Assembly (NCBI GenBank): GCA_964540825.1
Contig: CAZINT010000003.1
Coordinates: 147,250 to 211,249 of the forward strand
DNA length: 64,000 nt
Source of the DNA: an uncultured Gammaproteobacteria bacterium
Lineage (GTDB): Bacteria; Patescibacteriota; Patescibacteriia; Magasanikbacterales; GWA2-37-8
Direction: 5' to 3'
The stretch's first letter is position 1, and each line of letters starts with the position of its first letter. Under the pieces are notes generated by a model, which worked only from the letters and a program-made list of their open reading frames with translations, did not search any database and had not been told where the DNA came from. Positions 1 through 9,168 of this stretch are shown here, piece by piece. The position numbers and the translations under genes were made by a program.

Positions 1-93
1 TGCTTCCACAAAACCGGAAAGTAAAAACAGTAAAATTAAAATACTCGGGGTTAAAAATATTCAGGAATTGATTAAACACACCTAACACATTAA

Positions 94-121
94 AAAACCG
101 CCGATACCTGGGCGGTTTTTA
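94..121. terminator. Bidirectional hairpin + T/A runs downstream of recG
   Basis: aaaaaaccgcc-gatacctg-ggcggttttt immediately 3' of the minus-strand recG stop. Confidence 0.5.
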
Positions 122-122
122 A

Positions 123-2213
123 TTATTCCAAATGTACCCGACTCTCCCACTCTTTTACTTTTTTAAGAAGCGTAGGATATTTTTTTATGAGGGGCGCAAT
201 ATTTACCGCCGCCGTTTTGGCTTTTTTAATCAGCTCGCGGTCAGTCAGTTTTGCGAGGCGGAGTTCCGCCATGCCGCTTTGCATCGTGCCATACACTTCG
301 CCGGGCCCCCGAATTTCTAAATCTTTTTCCGCCAGTTTAAAGCCGTCGTGATGTGCTTCAAAAAACGTCAGACGCTCTTTGGCCGTGCTTGAGTCACTAT
401 CGGTAAATAAAAAACAATACGACTGGTGATCGCTCCGCCCCACACGCCCGCGAAACTGATGCAGCTGCGCGAGTCCAAAACGCTCGGCGCCTTCGATCAT
501 CATCACACTGGCATTGGGGATATTGACACCCACTTCAATAACTGAGGTCGCGACCAGAATATCAATCTGCCCGTTTTTAAAATCAGTCATGATCGCTTCT
601 TTTTCATCAGCTTTTAATTTGCCGTGCAAAAAACTAACCCGCAAATCCGGAAATACCGTTTCGGATAATTTTTTATATTCACTGAGGACAGATTTTTTAT
701 CAGCGAGCACCAAACCGGTATCCGTAGTCGCCTCCTCAATCAGCGGGCAGACCACAAATACCTGTCGACCACTCTGTACTTGCTTATGAATAAACTCGTA
801 CGCCTTTTCACGATTGTGCGGGTCAACCAGGCGCGTAATAATTTGCTTGCGTCCGGGCGGTAATTCATTGATAATGGAAATATCGAGGTCGCCATAGACC
901 ATGAGTGCCAAGGAGCGCGGAATGGGTGTCGCTGTCATACTTAAGAAATGCACCCGCTCCCCTTTTTCTTTAATGACGCGCCGCTGTTCCACGCCAAAAC
1001 GATGCTGCTCATCAACAATCACTAGACCCAATTTTTTAAACTCAACACCCTCTGATAAAAGGGCGTGCGTACCGATAACAACATCAACTTCTCCAGCAGT
1101 AATAACTTTAATTAATTGAGTCTTAGACAATTCTTCTTCAATCAACGAACCGCTGCGCGAATTAAAGATTTTTCGCTGGCTCCGCGTAAAGAGTGCAATA
1201 CGAACGCCCTTAGCCCCCAGCAGTTTTGTAAGCGATTCATAGTGCTGACTCCCTAGTATTTCAGTCGGTACCATGAGTATGCTTTGAAACAGATCGAGTG
1301 AAGCGTTGTAGAGCGCCATGGCAGCCACAACCGTTTTGCCTGACCCCACGTCACCGGACAGTAATCGATTCATCGGAGTCTTTTTTTGGATTGACTGCAA
1401 AATTTCCCACGCGGCAACTTTCTGAGTCTTGGTAAGCGCAAAAGGGAGTTCACTCACAAATTCTTTAATAGCTTCTTCCTGAAAAGCAATTTCCGGAGCT
1501 TCCAAGGATATTTTTTCGAGGCGAGTTAACTCTGCCTGAAGCTGGAGCAAAAAGAGCTCATCAAACTTAAGCCGCTCGGTACTTTCGGCAAGTTCCGTAT
1601 CATTGCTTGGAAAATGAATGCCGCGCACAGCATTGCCAAATGAGGTTAATCCTTCCTGCACACGCAGTTCTTCGGGCAACCAGTCCGGAAGCGTATCCGT
1701 AAGCGGTAAAATTTTATCGACTAAATACCGAATTTGCTTTTGGGTTATACCACTTGTTAAGGGGTACATCGGCACAAGGCGAAGGGTGTGCGTCGTATGT
1801 TCTTCTTTTTTAACTTTTTCAAAAGCCGGGCTCGCGAGCTCTGGGCCCAGCATAGATTTTTTAACGGTACCCGATAAAAACAAAATATCACCAGGTTTAA
1901 GCGCTTTGATAATAAAAGGCTGATTAAACCATACGACCCGCATCTCGCCCGTTTCATCCGCCACTAAGGCCTCAGTTATCATAAGGCGCTTGCGAGGGCT
2001 GCGTTTGTTGTTGATGAGTTCGAGCCGGGCTTTAATCGTTACCTGAAAGCCTTCTTCAAGCTGATTTATTTTCACTAAATGCCGATAATCTTCATAACGA
2101 AACGGAAAGTAATACAACAAATCCTCGATCGTAGTGAGACCGAGGCGCTTAAGACTGGCGCCAATTTTTTTACCGACAGTCGGCAGGCCGGTGAGCTGGT
2201 TCGATAACTGCAT
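123..2213 (-). CDS. recG: ATP-dependent DNA helicase RecG
   Basis: 696 aa; Walker A GDVGSGKT, DEQHRFGV box, N-terminal wedge/OB region, C-terminal helicase motifs. Confidence 0.9.
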   Translation of the reverse strand: MQLSNQLTGLPTVGKKIGASLKRLGLTTIEDLLYYFPFRYEDYRHLVKINQLEEGFQVTIKARLELINNKRSPRKRLMITEALVADETGEMRVVWFNQPFIIKALKPGDILFLSGTVKKSMLGPELASPAFEKVKKEEHTTHTLRLVPMYPLTSGITQKQIRYLVDKILPLTDTLPDWLPEELRVQEGLTSFGNAVRGIHFPSNDTELAESTERLKFDELFLLQLQAELTRLEKISLEAPEIAFQEEAIKEFVSELPFALTKTQKVAAWEILQSIQKKTPMNRLLSGDVGSGKTVVAAMALYNASLDLFQSILMVPTEILGSQHYESLTKLLGAKGVRIALFTRSQRKIFNSRSGSLIEEELSKTQLIKVITAGEVDVVIGTHALLSEGVEFKKLGLVIVDEQHRFGVEQRRVIKEKGERVHFLSMTATPIPRSLALMVYGDLDISIINELPPGRKQIITRLVDPHNREKAYEFIHKQVQSGRQVFVVCPLIEEATTDTGLVLADKKSVLSEYKKLSETVFPDLRVSFLHGKLKADEKEAIMTDFKNGQIDILVATSVIEVGVNIPNASVMMIEGAERFGLAQLHQFRGRVGRSDHQSYCFLFTDSDSSTAKERLTFFEAHHDGFKLAEKDLEIRGPGEVYGTMQSGMAELRLAKLTDRELIKKAKTAAVNIAPLIKKYPTLLKKVKEWESRVHLE

Positions 2214-2282
2214 ATAAGGCCTAGTATACCAGAAAAAACTTTTTTGTCGTGTTTATACCCATTAAATATTTTCAGCAGCCCC

Positions 2283-2310
2283 TTGACAAAAACATAAAAA
2301 ATGGTACTCT
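2283..2310 (+). promoter_or_regulatory. Sigma70-like promoter TTGACA-N16-TACTCT upstream of small G+C-rich ORF
   Basis: Hexamers read directly; followed by AAAGGAG SD 7 nt before the ATG at 2351. Confidence 0.35.
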
Positions 2311-2350
2311 TTCACACGCGCAAAATCGCGCACAGTCAAAGGAGCTACCA

Positions 2351-2608
2351 ATGTTCAAAGGAATCACCCGCAAGCAGGGCGTCACCGCTTCCGGCCTCCT
2401 GGCCGTTTCGCTCATCACCTGTGGCGGGCCACCGCCCGAATCGTCGACCAGCAAGAACTCCGGCGCCTGCCAGTCGGCGACCATCCTGAACATCGTCACC
2501 GGCGTGCTCATGGCTTTACCACCCATGAGCATGGTGCAGCTGGCCTCGGGTATCGAGATGGAGAAGGTCTGCGCCCATCGTCTCGGCCCCGTAGCCACGC
2601 AACACTGA
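2351..2608 (+). CDS. Hypothetical small protein (85 aa) in a G+C-rich block
   Basis: Strong SD AAAGGAG, G/C-dominated third codon positions; antisense ORF 2272..2643 shares the wobble position so the strand assignment is ambiguous. Confidence 0.3.
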   Translation: MFKGITRKQGVTASGLLAVSLITCGGPPPESSTSKNSGACQSATILNIVTGVLMALPPMSMVQLASGIEMEKVCAHRLGPVATQH

Positions 2609-2740
2609 GTCGCGCCTAACCACAACAGCCGCTCGCGGAGCATAGTATCTTCGCTCTACCGGCATACTGCCGGCAACCCTGGGCTTCTCTCTACGAAGCC
2701 CAGGTAAAAAATTCTCTTGATTTAGAATCGAGAAAAAATA

Positions 2741-2776
2741 AACCACCTCTTTGGTTAAAGAGGTGGTTTATTTTTG
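2741..2776. terminator. Rho-independent terminator hairpin
   Basis: aaaccacctcttt-ggtt-aaagaggtggttt followed by ttttt; lies between the small ORF and the tRNA. Confidence 0.6.
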
Positions 2777-2848
2777 TGCACCCGTTAGGAGTCGAACCTA
2801 AATTTTCGGCTTCGCAGGCCAATGTCCTATCCATTGAACGACGGGTGC
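2777..2848 (-). tRNA. tRNA, anticodon GCG (Arg, CGY codons)
   Basis: Manual cloverleaf: acceptor GCACCCG/CGGGTGC, D-arm GTTC-AATGGATA-GGAC, anticodon arm TTGGC-CTGCGAA-GCCGA, T-arm TTAGG-TTCGACT-CCTAA, discriminator A; CCA not encoded. Confidence 0.7.
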
Positions 2849-2916
2849 GGAATGCTTTCTAAAAATGAAAGCCGCGTCAATATATCATATTTGGCGCGGC
2901 TTGTCAAAACCTATCG

Positions 2917-3423
2917 TTAGTGAATTTTGAGGATACGCGCCCATTTATCGCTGAGCGGCTCTTCTTCCTGATCAAGATCTTCCGGTATATAGCGCAATAA
3001 ATATTCACGGATGGCCAGCGGGTCGTTATCGAGCAGCGGTACCTGAAGGCGATGCTTAATGGTGTTATTTAAGGTAAAATATAAGTTTTTAACCTCATTT
3101 GGGTTATAGATCAGCCAAAAATTAGTGAGTTCGCTATAGCGGTAATGCTTCACACCAAGGACAATACCCGTGGTCGTAATGGCAAAAGGAATATCAATCG
3201 GGTCTTGCATGTCATGTAAATACATGACAATAGCAAACAAAATAATGATAAGCGCAAATAAATAATTGGCAGTAAAAAGCGCGTAGGCAACCAAAAGTAC
3301 GCCAATGCCGCCCATCACGATATACCAGCGGCGATCGCGGACATATTTTTCGTATTCTTTTACTTCCCAGTTGAACACTATTTCACCAAGCGGTACATCA
3401 ACTCGAGTAATATCTTTTGGCAT
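2917..3423 (-). CDS. Hypothetical membrane protein (two N-terminal TM helices, possible bacterial PH-like domain)
   Basis: 168 aa; hydrophobic stretches GGIGVLLVAYALF and LFALIIILFAIVMY followed by a soluble domain. Confidence 0.5.
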   Translation of the reverse strand: MPKDITRVDVPLGEIVFNWEVKEYEKYVRDRRWYIVMGGIGVLLVAYALFTANYLFALIIILFAIVMYLHDMQDPIDIPFAITTTGIVLGVKHYRYSELTNFWLIYNPNEVKNLYFTLNNTIKHRLQVPLLDNDPLAIREYLLRYIPEDLDQEEEPLSDKWARILKIH

Positions 3424-3556
3424 AAAATTAATTGGATGATGAGCGCAAACACGAGCGCTCTAGACGTTAGTATACCACAGTAAAAAACCTCTCACAAGGA
3501 ATATTGAACGAAGTCATACTCCATGCTATAGTAGGCTGCATGCTATATACAGCTCT

Positions 3557-5107
3557 ATGGAAGAACCTACGATTAATCTTTTAGATCCGCGTTCAACGCT
3601 GCCGCCAGAAGACGCACCCCAAAAACGCGCCAATCGCATCTACATCGGCGTAGTTATTTTTTTGATTGTTTGTATTCTCGGGCTCGCTGGCTATTGGTAC
3701 TATAGCGAAGCTGCTTGGGCACGTAACCCAGCGCACGACTCAAAAACACTCCAGGCTGACAAACCTTGGTTTTTAGAAACTGTTAAAAATTTTATATTTT
3801 CACCCAGCAATGTGCTTACCGGTCAACAGGAAGACCGGATTAATATTTTATTACTCGGTATCGGAGGCAGCGGGCACGATGGAGCGTACCTTAGTGATAC
3901 GAACATAATTCTGAGTATAAAACCAAGCACCAGCCAGGTGGCAATGATCTCTATTCCGCGTGATTTATCAGTAAAAATTAACGAATACGGCTATCGTAAA
4001 ATTAACGACGCAGATGCGTTTGGTGAAGCTAAAGATCCGGGAAACGGCGGCGAATATGCCCGGCAAATTTTTGAACAAACTTTTGGATTAAGCATCCCCT
4101 ACTATGTACGCGTCAATTTCCAAGCTTTTCAAGAACTGGTTGATTCGGTCGGCGGCGTTGACGTTGATGTTGCCAAAACATTTACCGATAACGAATATCC
4201 TAACGGCGAAAAAAAATTAGGACCCAACTGTACGGGCGAGACAGAAGAAAGCCCTTGCCGCTACTTAAAGGCCCATTTTGAACAAGGCATACAGCACATG
4301 GACGGTCGAACAGCGCTTATCTATGCGCGCTCTAGGCATGGCAACAACGGTGAAGGCTCTGATTTTGCTCGAGCGCACCGCCAACAGCAAGTTATTTTCG
4401 CCCTTAAAGAAAAATTTCTTTCCTTTGGCACGTACGCTAACCCGGCGGTGGTTAAAAACATTATTGATTCACTTTCAAATAACGTCAAAACGAATCTTGA
4501 CTTATCGCAAATTATTTATTTAGGGAATTTCGCCAAAAAAGTTGACAAAAGCACTATTAAAAATCTGGTACTCGATACCGGCCCGCAGAATTACTTAACC
4601 CAAGCAGCCGGTTCATATGCGCTTGTTCCTAAAAAGGGTGATTTTTCTGACATTAATGCAGCAATCCAGAATATTTTTTTGAGCACCAGCACCCTCCCCG
4701 CTTCAACAATTGCGCCGTCAATCACAGCACCAGCTACCACAGTCTCGCCCACAGCAGAGCCTCTGGTTTTACAAAGCACTCAAATCGAAATTCAAAATGG
4801 CACCTGGCTTCCTGGCCTTGCTGCCCGCGCTAAAAAGGCTGTTGAAGACGGTGGTTTGACAGTTAACGCTTTTGGCAATAGTTCCGTTCGTCCGCTTGAA
4901 CACACCATTGTTTACGTACTTAACCCCGCAACTAATAAGCAAATTATTGACAATTTAGCGAAAATTTGCCATACTGAAGCAACTACAGAACTTCCCGACT
5001 GGCTTAAAAAGGCCGTCACCGACATCTCTACCAATCCCAATACTGCTCCACCCTATAGACCTACAACCGATTTACTCGTTATCCTGGGCACTGATTACCA
5101 GCCCTAA
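3557..5107 (+). CDS. LytR-CpsA-Psr (LCP) family cell-envelope phosphotransferase
   Basis: 516 aa; N-terminal TM anchor, INILLLGIGGSGHDGAYLSDT...ISIPRD...YARSRHG LCP signature, Ser/Thr/Pro-rich linker, C-terminal LytR_C-like domain. Confidence 0.8.
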   Translation: MEEPTINLLDPRSTLPPEDAPQKRANRIYIGVVIFLIVCILGLAGYWYYSEAAWARNPAHDSKTLQADKPWFLETVKNFIFSPSNVLTGQQEDRINILLLGIGGSGHDGAYLSDTNIILSIKPSTSQVAMISIPRDLSVKINEYGYRKINDADAFGEAKDPGNGGEYARQIFEQTFGLSIPYYVRVNFQAFQELVDSVGGVDVDVAKTFTDNEYPNGEKKLGPNCTGETEESPCRYLKAHFEQGIQHMDGRTALIYARSRHGNNGEGSDFARAHRQQQVIFALKEKFLSFGTYANPAVVKNIIDSLSNNVKTNLDLSQIIYLGNFAKKVDKSTIKNLVLDTGPQNYLTQAAGSYALVPKKGDFSDINAAIQNIFLSTSTLPASTIAPSITAPATTVSPTAEPLVLQSTQIEIQNGTWLPGLAARAKKAVEDGGLTVNAFGNSSVRPLEHTIVYVLNPATNKQIIDNLAKICHTEATTELPDWLKKAVTDISTNPNTAPPYRPTTDLLVILGTDYQP

Positions 5108-5118
5108 ACACATTTCGT

Positions 5119-6489
5119 ATGGCAACGCCAGCCACTATCGTCGATCATAACCTTCCAACCGTCGCACTCGTCGGTCGTGTTAACGTTGGCAAATCAACGC
5201 TCTTTAACAAGATCATGGAAGCTAATTTAGCCATGGTTTCGGATATCCCAGGCACCACCCGTACACGCAATATCGGTGAAGCCAGCTGGCGCGGCAAACA
5301 GTTTCGTTTGGTTGATACCGGCGGGCTTACTTTTTCTGACGACGTGATCCTCGAAGAGGACATTATCAAACAAACCGAAATTGCTTTGTCTGAAGCTGAT
5401 GTCATTTTATTTGTGACCGACCTTCAGAACGGTGTATTACCCCAGGAATATGAACTGGGAAAATTACTCGCCAAAAATAAACGCAAAACGCCGATTATTT
5501 TGGTAGGCAATAAGGCCGACAATCTGACGATTCATGCCCGCATCTATGACCATGAATGGCAAAAGTTTGGCCTTGGCGAACCGTTCCCTGTATCGGCTGC
5601 GAACGGCAGTAATGTTGGCGACCTCTTGGATATTTTATATAAACTGCTTAACAAACAAACTAAAAGACCAAAACAAGTCGAGGAAAAACCTTCGATTAAG
5701 GTAGCGCTCGTCGGCAGACCCAACGTTGGCAAGTCTTCACTATTTAATAAATTAATTGGCGAAGATCGCGTGATTGTCAGCCCCATGGCCCACACTACGC
5801 GCGAACCGCACGACACGCTGGTTGAAGTTGACGGACAACGCATTGTTTTCGTAGACACTGCCGGTATTCGCCGCAAAACAAAAGTCTCGGGCGAGCTCGA
5901 ACACCTGGGGATCAACAAAAGTATAGCCACGATCGATCGCTCGGATATTGTTTTACTTATCCTTGACGCTACCGAACCGGTAACTGACCAGGACCAGCAA
6001 CTTGCCGGACTCCTCCGCGAACATACCAAGAGTGTGATTATTGTAGTCAACAAATGGGACGAAGCTGAAGACAACACCGATTCATTCCGCAATGATGTTA
6101 AAAAAGATCTCTACAAAAAATTCCCGCATCTTGATTACGCACCAATTGTTTTCACCAGCGCTAAAACAAGCTACCGCGTGCACCAGATATTTCCCCTCCT
6201 CAAAGAAGCGTGGGCCGATCGCCACACTGAACTCGATCATGATACCTTGATTGCCTTTTTGAAGCGCGCTACCAAGCGCCATTTACCAACGCGCGGCAAA
6301 GGCGTACGCCACCCTAAAATCTACGACTTCACTCAGGTTAAAACCAGCCCTCCAACATTTGAAATGTTTATTAAACAAGGCACATCGGTGCATATGTCGT
6401 ATGTACACTACCTTGCCAATCAACTCCGCCAGGAATTCAAGTTTTTTGCGACACCCATCATCATCAAGCTTACCAAGATGAAACGCTAA
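5119..6489 (+). CDS. der: Ribosome-biogenesis GTPase Der (EngA), tandem GTPase domains
   Basis: 456 aa; two G1 loops GRVNVGKSTLFN and GRPNVGKSSLFN, two NKxD motifs, KH-like C-terminus. Confidence 0.9.
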   Translation: MATPATIVDHNLPTVALVGRVNVGKSTLFNKIMEANLAMVSDIPGTTRTRNIGEASWRGKQFRLVDTGGLTFSDDVILEEDIIKQTEIALSEADVILFVTDLQNGVLPQEYELGKLLAKNKRKTPIILVGNKADNLTIHARIYDHEWQKFGLGEPFPVSAANGSNVGDLLDILYKLLNKQTKRPKQVEEKPSIKVALVGRPNVGKSSLFNKLIGEDRVIVSPMAHTTREPHDTLVEVDGQRIVFVDTAGIRRKTKVSGELEHLGINKSIATIDRSDIVLLILDATEPVTDQDQQLAGLLREHTKSVIIVVNKWDEAEDNTDSFRNDVKKDLYKKFPHLDYAPIVFTSAKTSYRVHQIFPLLKEAWADRHTELDHDTLIAFLKRATKRHLPTRGKGVRHPKIYDFTQVKTSPPTFEMFIKQGTSVHMSYVHYLANQLRQEFKFFATPIIIKLTKMKR

Positions 6490-6492
6490 ATG

Positions 6493-6527
6493 ATGGTCTC
6501 GACGAATGTCGAGACCATTTTTTTATT
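6493..6527 (+). terminator. Rho-independent terminator of der
   Basis: atggtctcgac-gaat-gtcgagaccat followed by tttttttattt. Confidence 0.65.
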
Positions 6528-6556
6528 TGACACTTCCGTAAATCTAAATTACGATG
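6528..6556 (+). promoter_or_regulatory. Sigma70-like promoter TTGACA-N17-TACGAT for pth
   Basis: Hexamers read directly; about 28 nt upstream of the pth GTG start. Confidence 0.45.
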
Positions 6557-6584
6557 AGTACACTTTTATATTCTATTTTCTTCT

Positions 6585-7106
6585 GTGAAACTCATTATCG
6601 GTCTTGGTAACCCTGGCAAACAATACGAACGAACCCGCCACAACGCTGGTTTTATGGCGCTCGATATGCTGGCCGGCCCAACTGAGTTTGCGCTGCAAAA
6701 GAAATTCCAGGCCGAGGTGGCTACCTTGGAAATTAATGGTCAAAAAGTAGTAGCCGCAAAACCCCAAACATTCATGAATGAATCCGGTACAAGTACGCGG
6801 GCCTTGCTCGATTTTTATAAACTACAGCCTAAGGACGTTATTGTCCTGCATGATGACAAGGACATTCCGCTCGGAAAATTCCGCGTTCAGAAAGATCGCG
6901 GCGCCGCGGGGCATAACGGCGTGACTTCTATCATCAATCACCTCGGTACGCAGGATTTTTGGCGTATTCGCATCGGCGTTCTGACTATGGAATACCCCAT
7001 TGAAGACACCGCTGAATTTGTGCTTGGAAAATTTTCTAAAGAAGAACTTGCCACTTTGAACGAAGCTACCAAACGAGCGCTTGATGAACTGAAAAAAATA
7101 CTCTAA
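6585..7106 (+). CDS. pth: Peptidyl-tRNA hydrolase
   Basis: 173 aa, GTG start; LIIGLGNPGKQYERTRHNAGF signature with catalytic His. Confidence 0.9.
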   Translation: MKLIIGLGNPGKQYERTRHNAGFMALDMLAGPTEFALQKKFQAEVATLEINGQKVVAAKPQTFMNESGTSTRALLDFYKLQPKDVIVLHDDKDIPLGKFRVQKDRGAAGHNGVTSIINHLGTQDFWRIRIGVLTMEYPIEDTAEFVLGKFSKEELATLNEATKRALDELKKIL

Positions 7107-7118
7107 TACTCGGCCAAG

Positions 7119-8228
7119 TTGGGCATGAATTTTATCACTACGTTCATGAACTATCGCGCCCTCCTCGCCCATTTTCCAAAAATCACCTATCCGCGGTATA
7201 AAAAATTGACCGCACATTTTGGCAATCTTGCGAATCTCTGGCAGGCAGAACTCGAAGAAATTGTTTCCTCTGGCCTCGATGCACCCATTGCCGATGAATT
7301 CATTCGCTGGCGCGAAGCAACAGATCCGGAAAAAATAATTAGTACGCTTGAACAAGAAGGCATCACAACAGTATCGATTGGCGAAGCACACTATCCACGA
7401 CTCCTCGGTGAAATTAACGATCCCCCGCACACGTTATTTATTCGCGGCACACTTACCAACCTTGAAGCAGCACCAAGCGTTGCAATTGTCGGCACACGCC
7501 GCGCCAGTGTGTACGGCAAACAGGTTTGCGAGCGACTCAGCGGCGAATTGGCTGCTCGGGGCGTCGTTATCGTCAGCGGGCTTGCGCTCGGCATTGATGG
7601 CGTCGCGCACGAAGGAGCGCTGAGGGCCAAGACACCAACTATTGCCGTGCTTGGCTCGGGAGTGAATCAAAAAAATATTACACCAACGACACATCATGAA
7701 CTGGCGAGGCGCATCATTGATGGCGGCGGGGCACTTATTTCAGAATACCCCCCAGGCTTTGCCCCAACCGCGTATTCTTTTCCGGCGCGCAACCGTATTA
7801 TTGCCGGCCTGACACTTGGTACATTGGTGATTGAGGCGCCGGTTGAATCGGGCGCACTTATCACCGCACGCGCCGCACTTGATTACAATCGCGATGTTTT
7901 TGCCGTACCGCACAACATAACGAATCACAGCGGCGAGGGGTGCAACCGCCTCATTGCCAAAGGCGCACTACTCGTAACAAATGGCGAGGCCATCATGGAA
8001 GCACTTAATTTAAAAAGTGTCGCAAGACCAGTCTCTGCCGAACGTCCGCTGCCTGAATCACCTATTGAAAAAGCAATCTTGCAGCTACTTACACGCGAAC
8101 CGACTCATATTGATACTATAATTAAAAACACCGCCCTTGAAAGCAGGACGGTGAATGGAAGTTTGGTAATGATGGAAATGAAGGGGTACGTGAAGAACGT
8201 GGGCGGGATGATGTATGTAGCTCTTTAA
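7119..8228 (+). CDS. dprA: DNA processing protein DprA (Smf)
   Basis: 369 aa; Rossmann-like DprA core IVGTRRAS..YG..LA..G..IVSGLALGIDG.AH.GAL and C-terminal winged-helix-like tail. Confidence 0.85.
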   Translation: MGMNFITTFMNYRALLAHFPKITYPRYKKLTAHFGNLANLWQAELEEIVSSGLDAPIADEFIRWREATDPEKIISTLEQEGITTVSIGEAHYPRLLGEINDPPHTLFIRGTLTNLEAAPSVAIVGTRRASVYGKQVCERLSGELAARGVVIVSGLALGIDGVAHEGALRAKTPTIAVLGSGVNQKNITPTTHHELARRIIDGGGALISEYPPGFAPTAYSFPARNRIIAGLTLGTLVIEAPVESGALITARAALDYNRDVFAVPHNITNHSGEGCNRLIAKGALLVTNGEAIMEALNLKSVARPVSAERPLPESPIEKAILQLLTREPTHIDTIIKNTALESRTVNGSLVMMEMKGYVKNVGGMMYVAL

Positions 8229-8241
8229 AACCGGCTAAATC

Positions 8242-9033
8242 TTACTTCATTTTAAAATCTGTTGAGTCGCCGGTCACCAATACCGAGTCTACATCACCGT
8301 TAGCGCGCCAACCGCGCACTCTAAAATACGTATTCGGCTGCGATGCAGTGGCCGCTGTTTTGCTAGTGCCATCTTTTAGATTAATCACCAGCACTTGGCC
8401 ATTTTCTTTGCCGGGGAAACCGATTGCTGCAGCAAAGGCCAATTTGGTGCTGTCAGGCGAAAAGAGCGCATCACCAAACTGAGCATACTTGCGTTCAACG
8501 GCATAGGATTTTTCACTGTGGTCAGCGATGGTTTCAATAATAATGCTTTTATCACCATTTTCTTTGTACTCAGTCCAAGCCATAAATTGACCATTCGGCG
8601 AAATGTCTTCGATGCGGCGACCGTCGTGTTTAATAATACTAACCGACCCATCACGCACATCAATACGTATTACCTGAGGAGAACTAGATCCAAACAAAAT
8701 ATACCCATCCCCGCCCTCTGGCATGGTTTTAAAATACGCATATCGCCCTACCTGCCGGAGCGGCACGGCTGTTTTCATACCTGGAGTACTAGGGAGGGCG
8801 GCAATAGCTTTTCCGCCTTGTTCAAAAATAAAGTTAGAACCGTTTTGATTGAGCGTAACAATTTCAGCCTGGGTTACTTGCGGCGGCGCTTCGATGACAG
8901 CGACTTCAGGAGCAGCAACTTTATGGATATTGTACATAAGGAGCCCTGCTCCTACGAGTACAATAAGTACACATCCGCCAATTATAAGTCCTTTTTTCTG
9001 TGATTCGAGAAGCATAGGGTAAAAAATTAGCAT
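8242..9033 (-). CDS. Hypothetical membrane-anchored protein with TolB/PD40-like beta-propeller repeats
   Basis: Likely start at internal Met (MLIFYPMLLESQKKGLIIGGCVLIVLVGAGLL = signal anchor); repeated ..SPDG/SPNGQ../..DGS.. blades; upstream ORF extension lacks support. Confidence 0.5.
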   Translation of the reverse strand: MLIFYPMLLESQKKGLIIGGCVLIVLVGAGLLMYNIHKVAAPEVAVIEAPPQVTQAEIVTLNQNGSNFIFEQGGKAIAALPSTPGMKTAVPLRQVGRYAYFKTMPEGGDGYILFGSSSPQVIRIDVRDGSVSIIKHDGRRIEDISPNGQFMAWTEYKENGDKSIIIETIADHSEKSYAVERKYAQFGDALFSPDSTKLAFAAAIGFPGKENGQVLVINLKDGTSKTAATASQPNTYFRVRGWRANGDVDSVLVTGDSTDFKMK

Positions 9034-9168
9034 GAACACATTTAGTATACAATAATTGACAGAAGCGTCAAAGTCGGGTACAATTGCCCCTGAAGGAAGA
9101 AAGGACAAAAGGAAAATGGAAAAAATTGTTTATTCCTTTTTCTATTTTCCTTTCTTCCTTTTTAAAAT

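Noticed and set aside
2272-2643. Minus-strand 123-aa ORF in the first G+C-rich block
   Set aside because: It shares the wobble position with the plus-strand ORF, which has both a promoter and a strong SD. The minus ORF has no SD and extends into low-G+C flanking DNA. Both calls remain uncertain.
8395-9003. 202-aa plus-strand ORF
   Set aside because: Antisense to the beta-propeller membrane protein 8242..9033; Phe/Asn-rich low-complexity translation; no RBS.
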